Source of the DNA: Eledone cirrhosa
Taxonomy: Eukaryota
Assembly: GCA_964016885.1 (NCBI GenBank)
Contig: OZ024740.1
Span: 219,356,001-219,420,000 of the forward strand
DNA: 64,000 nucleotides
Reading direction: 5' to 3'
Notes under the pieces: model-generated
The model's database searches: none
What the model was told of the DNA's origin: nothing
The model's input: only the letters and a program-made list of their open reading frames with translations
Made by a program: the position numbers and the translations under genes
In this document: positions 13,743 through 26,100 of the stretch, piece by piece
How the letters are laid out: the number at the start of each line of letters is the position of its first letter
Position numbering within the stretch: position 1 is the first letter of the stretch

Positions 13743-14472
13743 CATCATCATCATCATCATCGTTTAACGTCCATCTTCCACGCTAGCATGGGTTAGACGG
13801 CTTTGTTCCATTTGATGCGGGAATGGTCGGGAGACCATGTCTCGCTCGCACAGAAGTGTCTCTGGCAGGTTTTTTTTACAGCTTGATGCCCTTCATAACA
13901 CCAACCACATTTACAGTGTGGACTGGGAGCCTTTTCACCATGTATCCTACACAACCTTACAGTGTGGACTGTTGTGTCATTGACACAGTGGATGGAACAG
14001 GACAGGGAGGATGGGGTAGGGTGTGGGGGTGGGGTGTACATTGGGTTAAGAGGTGCCTATTGACTGTAGGTTTGTATGCAATGGCAGTCGGGTCTTCTGT
14101 ACAACTGCATGGCACCAAAGGTCTCGATCTAGTGTCATTGTCTTAGAGAGGTGTAGGTGAGCAAGGTCAGTTGTTATCACCTCGTCCCAGGTTTTTCTTG
14201 GTCTACCCACTCCGTAGCTTCCATTAATTTTCATTGCCTTGCACTTTTTTATACTGCTGTCGTCCTTCATACACATCACATGTCCATACCAACGCAATCT
14301 CCTCTCCAGAACACAACATTTGATACCTCTTATGCATAGTCTCCCTCTTAATTCGTTTATGCTTCACCTTTCGCGCACATTACTATTACATATCCATCGG
14401 AGCATGCAAGCTTCATTTCTTTCTAATCTATGCAGGTCTTCAGCACACAATGCCCAAGTCTTACTACCATAC
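13743..14472 (-). mobile_element. RTE LINE 3' fragment (older A-related subfamily)
   Basis: ORF 14046-14297 RWYGHVMCMKDDS..GRPRKTW, followed by the 3' UTR module and a (GAT)n tail. Confidence 0.9.
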
Positions 14473-15974
14473 ATACAAAAACAACTTAGTATCATATAAC
14501 CAGGGGCGGTTTCAGGCTGGTTGTTTGGTATCAAAAAAGTTAACTTTGTTATAGATATTACTAATTCTAAAAACTTACTTAAAGTTTATGAGAAAATATT
14601 ATTCTTGCCAAGTTCACAGATGTATTGAACACCTTCCCTTTGAAATATAATTGAAGATTTGGACTGATGACTTAAATCTAAAGTGGTTGATGCCAACATA
14701 TTACATTAAATAATATTACAATTGCCATAATGTCAAAGTGTGCTAAAAGATTCTTAAAAGTTATTACAGTATTTAGATGACCTCCTTACTGAAGAGTATA
14801 AAAATAGAAAATTTATAAGTAGATTCTGATGACATCTATTTTATTTAAGTATGTTGCTTCCATTTTATCATATTCCTTTGTCTAGCTTGAACATCAGCAA
14901 ACATTTTAGCTAGCTCTGAGTTTTAACAGATACAGACTCACTTTTTGTTTTCTACAATTCTGAATAAAAACAAAAATAAGAAAATCTCTCTTGTGAACTT
15001 AAACTTTATAACATTTCATAATCTTTTAAAACAATCTGTCTATTTATGTCTGTCTGAAAATTTCCATTTTCTACTTCTTCACTCTTAGGAATTCAGGAAA
15101 TATATATATTTTTTATTCCTTTTCAGAACCATTTAAGGAAATCTACTTTTAGTCTCATGCATCTTTTAGTACTGTCTGAAACCAAATTAATGAAATTATA
15201 TTTATTTATTTATTTTTACATATTAATTATTTTTTTTGAGTATGACAATTTAGCTATTTTTATTCATTTGTTAATTTTGTTTTGTTTTTCTATGATAGTT
15301 TAGTTATTTTCATAGCTGTTGTTGTTCTTAATAACGATCTCATGTGACAATTTCAGGTTTTTTTGTTAGTATGATATCGATAATTCATTTATATTAATGA
15401 TTATTTAATGAGACATAAATTGATTAATTCAGATATATTATCCTTCATTTTAAGACATTTCTTTTCTATTTTATAGATAATTATTGAGATACTTCACCAG
15501 TTCTCTTGAATAATTTGTAGCAACTTTTTTCTTTCTTATAAACTGTCCAATGTGTTTTTAGCTGATGTAAAATTATTATTTATAAAGGTTTTTCTAATTT
15601 ATCTTCATTTATTAACCAATATTTCAACAGGTAATCAGATGTCATACCTGTTGAAATATTTTATAAAAATACATTAGTTGATGTAAAATTATTATTCATT
15701 AAGGTTTTTCTAAGTTATCTTTATTTGCTAACAAATATTTGATAGATTAATCAGATGTCTAACGTGTTTTATAAAAAGATATATAAGATGATGCAAAGTT
15801 AATCTATATAGGGTCTTTTCATATAGTTATTCTTTTCTCTTTATTTGTCAACCAATATTTAAAAAAAAAGCACTATTTTAAAAACTGAAATTTTCAAAAT
15901 AAATCACATTTAGTTTATTTAAATTTTTCATTACCATATTTATCATGAAAAATACTGCTTGTGATTTTCAAATA

Positions 15975-16121
15975 ATTTTGAAAATACTCAAGAATTTGAT
16001 TATATAACTTTCTCATTTTTAAGTTGATGCTTGGAACATAACTTAAGCTTTAAGATATGTTCCAAGCATCAACTTAAAAGTGAGAAAGTTATATAATCAA
16101 ATTCTTGAGTATTTTCAAAAT
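15975..16121. repeat. Near-perfect 147-bp palindrome
   Basis: 66-bp arms attttgaaaatactcaag...ggaacata / tatgttcc...cttgagtattttcaaaat with one mismatch and a 15-bp spacer. Confidence 0.9.
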
Positions 16122-16425
16122 ACATACAACTATGATATATATTTTTTTTTAACGTGAATACAAGCACTTTAAAACAGTTTTGTATTGTAGAACCAGAGGT
16201 GGTTTCAAGTAATTTGGAATAAAAAGAGTTTAAAATATCCATTTTTAATCAAGGCTACTTATTGTCGGTATATCCACACACACAGGACTATTATCGATTT
16301 TAGTTTGCCTCCTTTTAAATCACTTTGTATGATGTCCAGCATGTTCAATTAAGATTAGTTCTATACCATACATATTTCTAAAGGGGATGGACAGAGTTAT
16401 AGGTAGTACAAGAATGATCAATATA

Positions 16426-16638
16426 CAGTATCCGCCAATAAAATGTATACACACTTCAAGAAAAAAAAAATATATATTCAATTATTCAACAGTACATATC
16501 TTACATCAAGATATCTCAATATGGAAATTCATCTTTTGTGTGGGTTTTTGTATATATAGAGAGGTATTTAAACAAGTTAAATATTTATACAAGTTTTACT
16601 TTTCATGAAGGGTGTATACATTTTTTTGGTGGCCTCTG
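16426..16638. mobile_element. Tc1/mariner-type MITE with TA target sites
   Basis: TA|cagtatccgccaataaaatgtatacacacttca ... tgaagggtgtatacatttttttggtggcctctg|TA; TIR is related to the element at 9171-9267. Confidence 0.75.
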
Positions 16639-16739
16639 TATGTATATATATGAATTTTCTGCTTCCAAGACTTCAATTTCTGAAAGAAAATTTTCCGAAC
16701 ACGTAATTTGTTTTGTGTGAAGCTCCGTGAAAAGTATAT

Positions 16740-17040
16740 TATGATGGTGGTGGTGGTGGTGGTAGTAGTGATGGTGTTAAAGGTGATGATGGTCATGGTG
16801 ATAGTGGTGTTGATGATGTTGCTGTTGGAGGTGACAATGGAGGAGGTGATGACAATGGTGGTGGTGGCAGTGACAATGGTTGGGGGTAGTGGTGAGGTTG
16901 GTTATGGTGGTGGGAGTAGCGATGGTCGTTGTGGTGGTGATGATGTTGTTGATGTTGGTGGTGGTAGTGACAGTGGAGGAGGTGACGATGATGGTGGTGG
17001 CTGTGGTGATGATGATGGTGGAGATGATGGTGATGATTAT
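16740..17040. repeat. Degenerate (GGT/GAT)n trinucleotide low-complexity tract
   Basis: Direct inspection; it explains the Val/Met/Gly/Asp-rich spurious ORFs. Confidence 0.9.
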
Positions 17041-17617
17041 AACAATAGTAATTTTCCTCAAACCATCAGGTTTTTGAGAAAGATTAAACTCAGAAGTAAA
17101 TGGTTTCTACTTTAGGCAGCATAAGGCTAATCATTTTTGGGGAGAGGCAAGTCGATTAAATTGACCTCAGGGTGTTACTGGTACTTTATTTTATCGACCC
17201 CATAAGGATGAAAAGCAAAGCTAACCTCGGGGGGATTTGAACTCAGAACATAAAGGGCCATCACTCTATGCCGCTAAGCATCTTGTCTGAGGCTCTACCG
17301 ATTCTGTCAATCCACCACCCTTAAACTCAGAAGTAAATAGAAATCATATAGTTTATTCCAAGTTCTGGTAGATAAATAAGTGAAGAATCAGTCTAGTTAA
17401 ACATTTATATAACTTTAACATTTAAATAACTTATAGATATCTCATATATTCTCTAGTTTTGATAATTACAAAAGTGCCCACATTATTCTTATCAATATAT
17501 TTGGCACGTGCTGTATATACTCTTATATAAGTCACACCTTTTTCCATGAAAATACAATGTTAAAAGTCATCAGCATATGACTTATTTTATGGACCTACAA
17601 AATGTTGATTCAAAATA

Positions 17618-18137
17618 TAGTCTGTTTGCTTTTTACACAAAGATTATGGAGGCACATGGCTTAGTGGTTAGAGCATTGGCCTTGCAATCGAAAGGTTGTG
17701 AGTTCAATTCTCAGACCGGGTGATGTGTTGTTTCCTTGAGCAAGACACTTTATTTCACATTGCTCCAGTTTACTCAGCTGTAGAAATGAGATGATAGGGA
17801 CTGCAAAGTGGTCGTGGAGGTGCCACGGCATAAAAGCACCCAGCACTCACTGTAAATGAGGTTGGTATTAGGAAGGGCATCCAGCTGTAGAAATCAAGCC
17901 AGAATCAGTTCCCGTCCCACCCTTGCAAGCAGGGAAAAGTGGACGTAAAATGATGATGATGATGATGTGTTTGTGTAATTCAATTCTACTTTAATATTAT
18001 ATTTCTGATATATAAAAAAATTCAAAACCACATGCGTTATAGTGTTATTCACGCAAAATGAATATTTAATAATATTTTTCAAGAGGCGCTAAAGTGAATT
18101 TGCATACTTCAAGTTCTCGTAAGAAGCGAACAGACTG
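17618..18137. mobile_element. Tc1/mariner-type MITE interrupted by a SINE
   Basis: TIRs tagtctgtttgctttttac / gtaagaagcgaacagactg flanked by TA. Confidence 0.65.
17648..17967 (+). mobile_element. Young tRNA-derived SINE with RTE-derived 3' tail
   Basis: A box TGGCTTAGTGG, B box GAGTTCAATTC, central ccttgagcaagacact domain, and a tail cccacccttgcaagcagggaaaagtggacgtaaaa(TGA)n that matches the RTE family B 3' end. Confidence 0.9.
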
Positions 18138-19018
18138 TATATAGTAAATATTAGATAAATAATTAGATAAATACATGAAGGCATATATGGTATGTCTAAA
18201 TATAATCAACATATATAAGTTTCACTATGGGTATTTTAAGCTGTAATCATGTCACAGCTGCTTTAATAGCCATGAGAGAATACTAGATACAAGAATTTCA
18301 GTGAAGTTTAATTACTCTTGAGACAAGAGTAAGCTATAGCATATATACGTTATGCATATAAAACATCAAGTATGAGCTTGACTGGCTGGGGTTAATTGTA
18401 AATCATCATCATCATCATCATCATTTTTATGTCTGTTTTTCCATGCTTGCATGGGTTGGATGGGTCCTTCTCAACACAGCATCTCTCCACTCGTCGCATT
18501 TGTTTATCATCTCCTGTGTCCTCTGGAAGTCCTAATGATTTGAGGTGAGATCTCACCACTGATATTACTGAAGTGTCATGTTCTCTCAATTATGTCTGAA
18601 TTACCTATAGAATATAGTTTAGGACAAAATCATTTCTGTTCTTTAACCCCAGGTCAAATCTGATCAGAAGAAGTTCAGAAAAGAATTGGAAGTGGAGGGG
18701 GGGGGGGCATTATCTGAAAGATACAGATCTAGGTTCCACAGTGTTTGGAAAATCATATAAAGGTTCCATGACAAAATACTTTTTTGGAGCCCCTGCATTA
18801 CTACATTATCTATGTATCAGTTTTAAGTTATTACTGTATGTCATCTTTTTATGCCTGTCTTTTCTTCCATACTTGCACTTGTTGGACAAAAAGCAGAGCT
18901 TATCCCAGTTTCATGGGGTATTAAGTGACTGAGAGTACAAGACAACTCCCTGGATGGGGTGCTAGTCTGTCACAGAGCTAACTTCCAGTATGCCACCATC
19001 CTACCCCACCCTCCCACG

Positions 19019-19498
19019 TGTAGGTGTCATGACAAAAAGCACCCAGCCCACACTGTAAAGTGGTCATGTAGGTGTCATGACAAAAAGCACCCAGCCCACA
19101 CTGTAAAGTGGTCATGTAGGTGTCATGACAAAAAGCACCCAGCCCACACTGTAAAGTGGTCATGTAGGTGTCATGACAAAAAGCACCCAGCCCACACTGT
19201 AAAGTGGTCATGTAGGTGTCATGACAAAAAGCACCCAGCCCACACTGTAAAGTGGTCATGTAGGTGTCACGACAAAAAGCACCCAGCCCACACTGTAAAG
19301 TGGTCATGTAGGTGTCACGACAAAAAGCACCCAGCCCACACTGTAAAGTGGTTATGTAGGTGTCACCACAAAAAGCACCCAGCCCACACTGTACAGTGGT
19401 TATGTAGGTGTCACCACAAAAAGCATCCAGCCCACACTGTACAGTGTTCGTGTAGGTGTTGCAACAAAAATCACCCAGTACTCACTGTAAATGAGGTT
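19019..19498 (+). repeat. 48-bp minisatellite, about 10 units, derived from the RTE/SINE 3' module
   Basis: Unit tgtaggtgtcatgacaaaaagcacccagcccacactgtaaagtggtca; followed by the aggaagggtattcagctgtagaaa module and tail. Confidence 0.95.
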
Positions 19499-22400
19499 AG
19501 CATAAGGAAGGGTATTCAGCTGTAGAAACTGAGCCAAAATCGGTTCTGTATGAAGAAGACATGGTCACCTGATCTAGCATTGCCCACAACAGGACAACTT
19601 GTCTAACCCATGGTAGTGTGGAAAATGAACGTAAAACAGTGGTGAAGTGTTTTGCTTAAAGACACAATGCACTTTAAGTCCAGTAATCGGAACTATGACC
19701 ACATGATTATGATCACAGCACCCTAACCACTAAGCCACACAAAAATTTGTTTGCTATTTCTACTGATCATGAAAAAGCTCCGTTGTTGATTTGATGATCA
19801 AAGTATAGTTTAGACTAGTGAATAAGGTTTCACCAAACTTACAGTGATGCTATATGAAAATGCTTATATTAACTAAATTTATTTATTAATACCTTGTACA
19901 GCCTCATCGATAATTTCCATTGAAACATGGAAAAATTTAAGTTTAATCTGTTGCAGGGGCCACAAGCATACAGCAGAATCAATATTCAAGAAAAAGTAGT
20001 GTGGAAATCAATACTGTATATTAAATGCAAATAACATGAGTCTAAAAGATGCTGTGGCATCACAAGCAAGCAGTTTTATTTATTATATATATAATTATAT
20101 TTATAGTTTTATTTATTATATATATGCAGTAGATAAATTACATCTCCATTTTAGATAGATTTGTAATGTACCATATATTTTGAATCACAGTTTGTGGGTC
20201 CATTAGATGTCGCATACTAGTTTTTCATGTCATATTTTATTTTTTGCAGAAAAAGGTGTGACCTATACATGAGTATATATATATATATATATGGTGTTTA
20301 TGAAATTTAATCAGAAGGGGAGTGGTACTTATTATTTTTACATGTTCTCTCTGGCAAGTTAAATTGAAGAAGTTTTGGTGTTCTGCTTGAACTATTAACT
20401 ATAAGGAAAAATGTAGGCAAAGGAAGATTTCCAGTAGGTAGAGACTAGATTGTAATGTTTTTATTTGGGTATGTTTTAGGGAAGTCTGATTATGCAAATG
20501 CACTGGCATAAAAATAAGTAGTGTGATGGATTCTGATAGCAGTTAGAATAGTGGTTTTCTATTTTTTTACTGCCAAGAACCCTGTGTATTTAAATAACTT
20601 TCCTTTGGACCCCAAGCTTTTGAAAAGTATGTTTATTCAACAAATTCACAGACTCCTGGTTCTACATTTGTGGTCTTCCAGGGGTTAATGTACACAGTTT
20701 GGGAATTGCTGATTTAGAACAAGTCAACCTAAAATCATGTTGGTCCCATGACAGATATTTGTCCTTAATTATCTGGATTATTGCCCCTAACAAGGGTTTG
20801 CTTATAACCTTGAGATCATTGCTAAACTGCAAGCAATCCAACCCAGAAGATTGTCTGTTTACAGCAGTTGAGCTAGAGAGAAAGGTTGCATAATTTAGAC
20901 TTTATTTTCTAGAAACAAAGACATCATCTCATCTTATCTCACTTGATTTTATGATTGAACTAAGGAGACTTATGCATGCCATATATCTTGACTTGTCATT
21001 ATTGTTTTTACTATGGGAACCAACATGGAGGCAGATTTACTGTGAGAGACAACCTACCAGATTTCTTTGACATATTTTGAAAAGACTTTGGATCAAACAT
21101 TGAAGACTGATTAAAGTAAAGATATGCTGTAATTTATATCTATAAAGTGTGGAGGGATTAACACCTATCTATGAATATCTTCTAACAATGTTTGGTATAG
21201 TTCCAAAGGTTTCATTCTCTTCATTCTGAATCACAGATCAGCTCTTTAATGCCCTCCTGTATCAGTATGGATCTGTGTAGTGTAGATATAAAAAAATGTT
21301 GGTCAATAAATGAGTATTATTGTCCAAGGCCAGATAAGATGACACCATAGCAAGAAATGCAACACATACATGTGAAGGCAGCAACATTGAACCCTTTCTT
21401 TCACCAAATACCAAATGCAGAATGAAACCTGCAACAGCATTGTTGGTGATGCTGAATCATAGCCATAACTTATTGTCTAAAACCAGTAAAAGAGAGCATG
21501 GTCTGATTGAAGAAAGATTGTAAGAGGTTTAGTAATTGCTACTTCTGACTGCAATAATGATTTCTCTTTGTATATACGAGAAAGGCTGACTAGATAAGAT
21601 ATATGAAATGTGATGTTGTATGGTAGTGAAACATGAGTAGTGAATGTAAATCTGTTGGTTTTTACAGACAAACCAGTTGGATGTAGTCTATTATATTAGT
21701 TCACTTTCACAAGTTTCAGTCAATCGACTATAACCATGCTGAGGCATCATCTTCAAGGGTTTCAGTTTAACTATATTGATCCCAGTAGTATTACTTATTT
21801 GTATTGTCTTTGGAAGACAAAGGATGAAGTCAACTATTGCATCAATTTTTGTTGCTTATTGAATGTCAATACATACACACAAATACACACATACTGATAT
21901 CTACATATCAACATCCATACATACACATACATACATATGCCTACATAGACACATACAAACAGACAAGCATGCATGCATACATACACATATACATACATAC
22001 AGATAGGCAGACAGACATGCATACATTCATACACACACACATACACACATACATACACACATACATGCATACATACATACATACATACATACATGTGTAT
22101 ACATGTAATGGACTTCTGCTTAGTTTCCTTTTATCAAATTTTACTATCTGGGCATTATCAAGGAAAGGGATATTAGATAAATAACATGTGATGAAGGAGA
22201 GTAAGGAAGAGGCTGGAGTAAATTGAATGAAGATGATGAGGATGTCGATGGTATGATGATTATGACTATAAATGAAATGTAAAAACCCCAAAGAACATTT
22301 TCTGATTTGCTGAGAACAATTTGTTCTGTTTGTAACCCGATTAGATTTCGCCTTAATTCACTTACATTGAAACCTTTCAACTTTATTTCATACCTCATGC

Positions 22401-22599
22401 TCATGTATCGTTTCTTCCCTACTTTGGTGCTTGCCCATTTTCCTCTATACCATGCATCCATTTTACATAGATATTTTCTGAGCTGAGTTATATCACCTTC
22501 TAATCTTATCTTCCACCAGAGTTCCTTACATTTCCTTCTTTCTGTTTGCTAATACCTAATCACTCACCTTCTAAAAACCCCACAATGCTATTTTTTAAT

Positions 22600-23032
22600 T
22601 TATTGCAACACCAATAGAGATCTCGACAGGATAAGTACAACATTTTCAAACATAATCCCCTTGCTTTTCAATGTATTTAGTCTGTTTTCACACAAACTTC
22701 TTTGTTCCTGCAGAAAAAGAAAAAAAAAATTGCTTTTGGCTGGGAAATGAGCCACTTTCTTCACTTCAGGAGAATCTGTTTCCATACTTTGATGAATTTC
22801 AGACCCCGGTTCATGTTCAGCCCACAGAAAATGGATCTCTAAACATCCACCTTTGTTCTTTTGAGCAAACAGAAAACTATTCAATTGACATTTCAAGTTC
22901 AAACATGCACTATAGTGACTAAAGGAGGATCTTGTCAAGCGGAGTATGCACAAATAATTTGCTTGACAGTAGGAAAAAAATTATAATAATTATAACGTGC
23001 ATTGTAAATAATTAATGATCCATCCTCATGTA
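22600..23032 (-). pseudogene. Internally deleted mariner transposase remnant
   Basis: N-terminal IHFLWAEHEPGSEIH joined to C-terminal WLISQPK..FSAGTKKFV..KYIEKQGDYV, both typical of mariner; TIR-like gatccatcctcatgta at the right end. Confidence 0.75.
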
Positions 23033-23062
23033 AATATATATATATATAGATATATAATCATC

Positions 23063-23143
<81 letters not shown>

Positions 23144-23145
<2 letters not shown>

Positions 23146-26100
23146 ACTCGCTATTTCTGGGATGGCTGTTCCTTCGGTTCCTTCGGTATAAAGTAACGTT
23201 CAAATATTTTTCTCGATTCTTCTCTCCATTCGAATCCATTCATTCAATCACTATTCTATGTCCTAATTTCACACTATATCATATTTTCACCATTCTATAT
23301 CATATTTTTTCTCTAAAAATCATATTTTCCCTATCACCGCATTTTCTCTATCGTATTTTCTTAAACAAAACAAATCTTGTATTTTCGTTTATTGTTATCT
23401 TAAACCTTACATTCTCGCTAACAACCCACCATCCCTCCCACCTGCCCCCACGCACCACCATCCCTCCCACCCGCCCCCACGCACCACCATTATTACGTGG
23501 ACCAATCATAAGTCAGAGGCCCATACTATCGCTTAACTGGTTGCTTTTCGATATGATGGATGGACTACGGAATTCTGGAGAGTTGAAGAGAGAAAAATGT
23601 GGACGCTCAGCGACAATGCCAAAGATAAAGCCAAATTCACCTCGTGGATGAGAATGCAAGCACTCCTCCTTGTTTCAGCCCAGGATGGCTAACATAACCT
23701 CATCTCCCTCCTCCCCTGCGCCCCACCGTTCCCACCCTCCAAACGCAATCCCAAACTTCAGAGTTGGTACCATGAATGTAGGTACCTTAAAACATCGCTC
23801 TAACAAGGTCGTAGAAATGCTTGAACGTAGGGAGGTCGATGTTTGCTGTATTCAAGAGACCAGATTGAAAGGTGTGTCTTCTAGATTCATTGTGGGTAAA
23901 GAACGATGCTATAAGCTTTTCTGGGTGGGAAATAACAATGGGTTGGGTGGGGTAGGAATCATGGTAGCAGAAAAGTGGGCAGATAAGATAATAGACGTAA
24001 ATAGTGTGAACGACAGAATAATTAAAATAAGACTTGTCCTCAATAAAACTACAGTGACAGTAATATCTGCGTATGCACCCCAATCCGGACTGCCCAGCGC
24101 TATAAAAGACAGATTCTACGAGACACTGATGCTCGCTACCTCCCAAATAACCGACAGTGACTATATAGTTATTGCAGGCGACCTAAATGGTCACGTTGGA
24201 CAACATTGTGACAGCTATGACGGAATCCATGGAGGCTATGGGTTCGGTACTAGAAATGAGGAAGGCTCCAGAATCCTGGAATTCTGCGACGCAAATAACT
24301 TAACTATCTGTAACACTAACTTCAAAAAACGAGACAATCACTTGATCACCTATAGATCGGGGGAACACACAAGCCAGGTAGATTATATCCTTACCAGGAG
24401 ACGTGACAGAGTGTCTGTTGTAAACACTAAATCCCTCCCCCATGAAGAATTCCCCTACCAACATAAACTGATAATTAGCGACCTCATAGTCAGGACGAGA
24501 CGTACTAGACAGCGGAAGAGGACTATCCTCAGGAGAAAAATATGGAAGCTAAAGGACCCCATAGCCAGAAATAAATTTCAAAGCATATTACTTGACGCTT
24601 TCGACAGTAAGGAAGAGCAATTAGAGTCGTATAATATAGAGGAACAGTGGGAATTCCTGAGAGCAAACCTGCTGACGGCGGCAGACGAAGTCTGTGGCTG
24701 GAGCAGGCCTGTAGGTAGGAGGAGAGTAACATGGTGGTGGAACAGTAAGGTGGAGGAGTCAATTAAGGCCAAAAAGCAGGCTTGGAAAGTATGGCGGGAT
24801 GGGGGAAGTAGAGAAGACTATCAAGTGGCCAGGAGGGAAGCTAGGAGACAAGTGTACTTCGCAAGAAGGGAAGCAGAGGAAAGGAAGTTCAAGCATGTTC
24901 TACAACGTGAGGACCAAAAACGTGAGGTGTTCAGGATTGCCAGGCAATATGTCAAGGAAAACCGTGATATTGTCGGGGAGAAGTGTGTACTTAACGATGA
25001 TGGCATACTTGCCATCACCGACACTGATAAGAAGGTAGCTTGGAAGTGTCACTACGAAAGGTTTCTAAATGAGGAGAACAAATGGGAGAAAGACAGTCTC
25101 CCCCAGATCGATCCAATAGAGGGACCAGCAGTGTTAGTTGAAGGTAGTATAATAAGTAAGGCAATCAAAGATATGAAGACGGGTAAGGCGGCTGGGCCTT
25201 CGGAAATAGTTGCTGAGATGCTGAAGGCATCTGGTTCGGTGGGACACACCATGGTCACCCGGATAGTTAACCAAGTCGTACAGAATGGGGTTGTTCCGAA
25301 GGAATGGCGTAGCAGCATCATCGTTAACTGCTATAAGGGAAAAGGAGATGCCCTAGATAGGAGTAACTATAGAGGCATTAAATTAATCGACCAGGTCATG
25401 AAGGTCACGGAAAAAGTAATAGCGCAACTAATCAGAGAGAGAATTGATCTAGATGAAATGCAGTTCGGGTTTGTGTCAGGCAAAAGTACCACAGACGCTC
25501 TTTTCATTGTACGACAACTACAGGAGAAGTACCTAGCTAAAAGTAAACCCCTATACTTAGCTTTCGTCGACTTGGAGAAAGCCTTCGACAGAGTCCCCCG
25601 TTCCATTATCTGGTGGTCTCTTAGAAAACTAGGTGTTGACGAATGGCTTGTGAGAGCTATACAAGCCATGTATAAAGAAACAGTCAGTAAGGTTAGAATT
25701 AACAACGAATATAGTGAAGAGTTTAGTGTAAAAGTTGGTGTCCATCAGGGCTCTGTTCTTAGCCCCCTACTATTTATTATTGCCCTTCAGGCTATAACAG
25801 AGGAGTTCAAGACCGGCTGCCCATGGGAACTCCTATACGCAGATGATCTAACGCTCATAGCTGAATCAATGACCGAACTAAAGAAGAAATTCCAAACATG
25901 GAAGCACGGCCTAGAATCAAAAGGCCTTAAAATTAACCTGGCTAAGACTAAAGTTCTAGTTTGTAGGAAATGGCCATGCTCAGTGTGTAGGAAAGGCGTA
26001 GGTAGAAACTCCATTTTATGTCCCAAATGCAAAGTATGGGTGCATAAAAGATGTAGTGGGATCACAGGTAAGCTAACTAAGAACATAGATTTTACATGTG

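Noticed and set aside
17648-17720. tRNA gene
   Set aside because: A and B boxes are present, but it continues into a SINE body and recurs in at least six copies; no proper acceptor stem was seen.
19019-19498. CRISPR-like array or His/Cys-rich repeat protein
   Set aside because: The units are contiguous with no unique spacers and derive from the retroposon 3' module; the context is eukaryotic and there are no cas genes.
20960-21000. RT motif-like peptide MHAIYLDLS (CR1/L2-type)
   Set aside because: Too short, and no flanking RT motifs could be followed.
22671-22922. Plus-strand terminal exon (good-looking cctgcag acceptor, 83-aa ORF)
   Set aside because: The opposite strand is a recognisable mariner transposase remnant, which explains the sequence.
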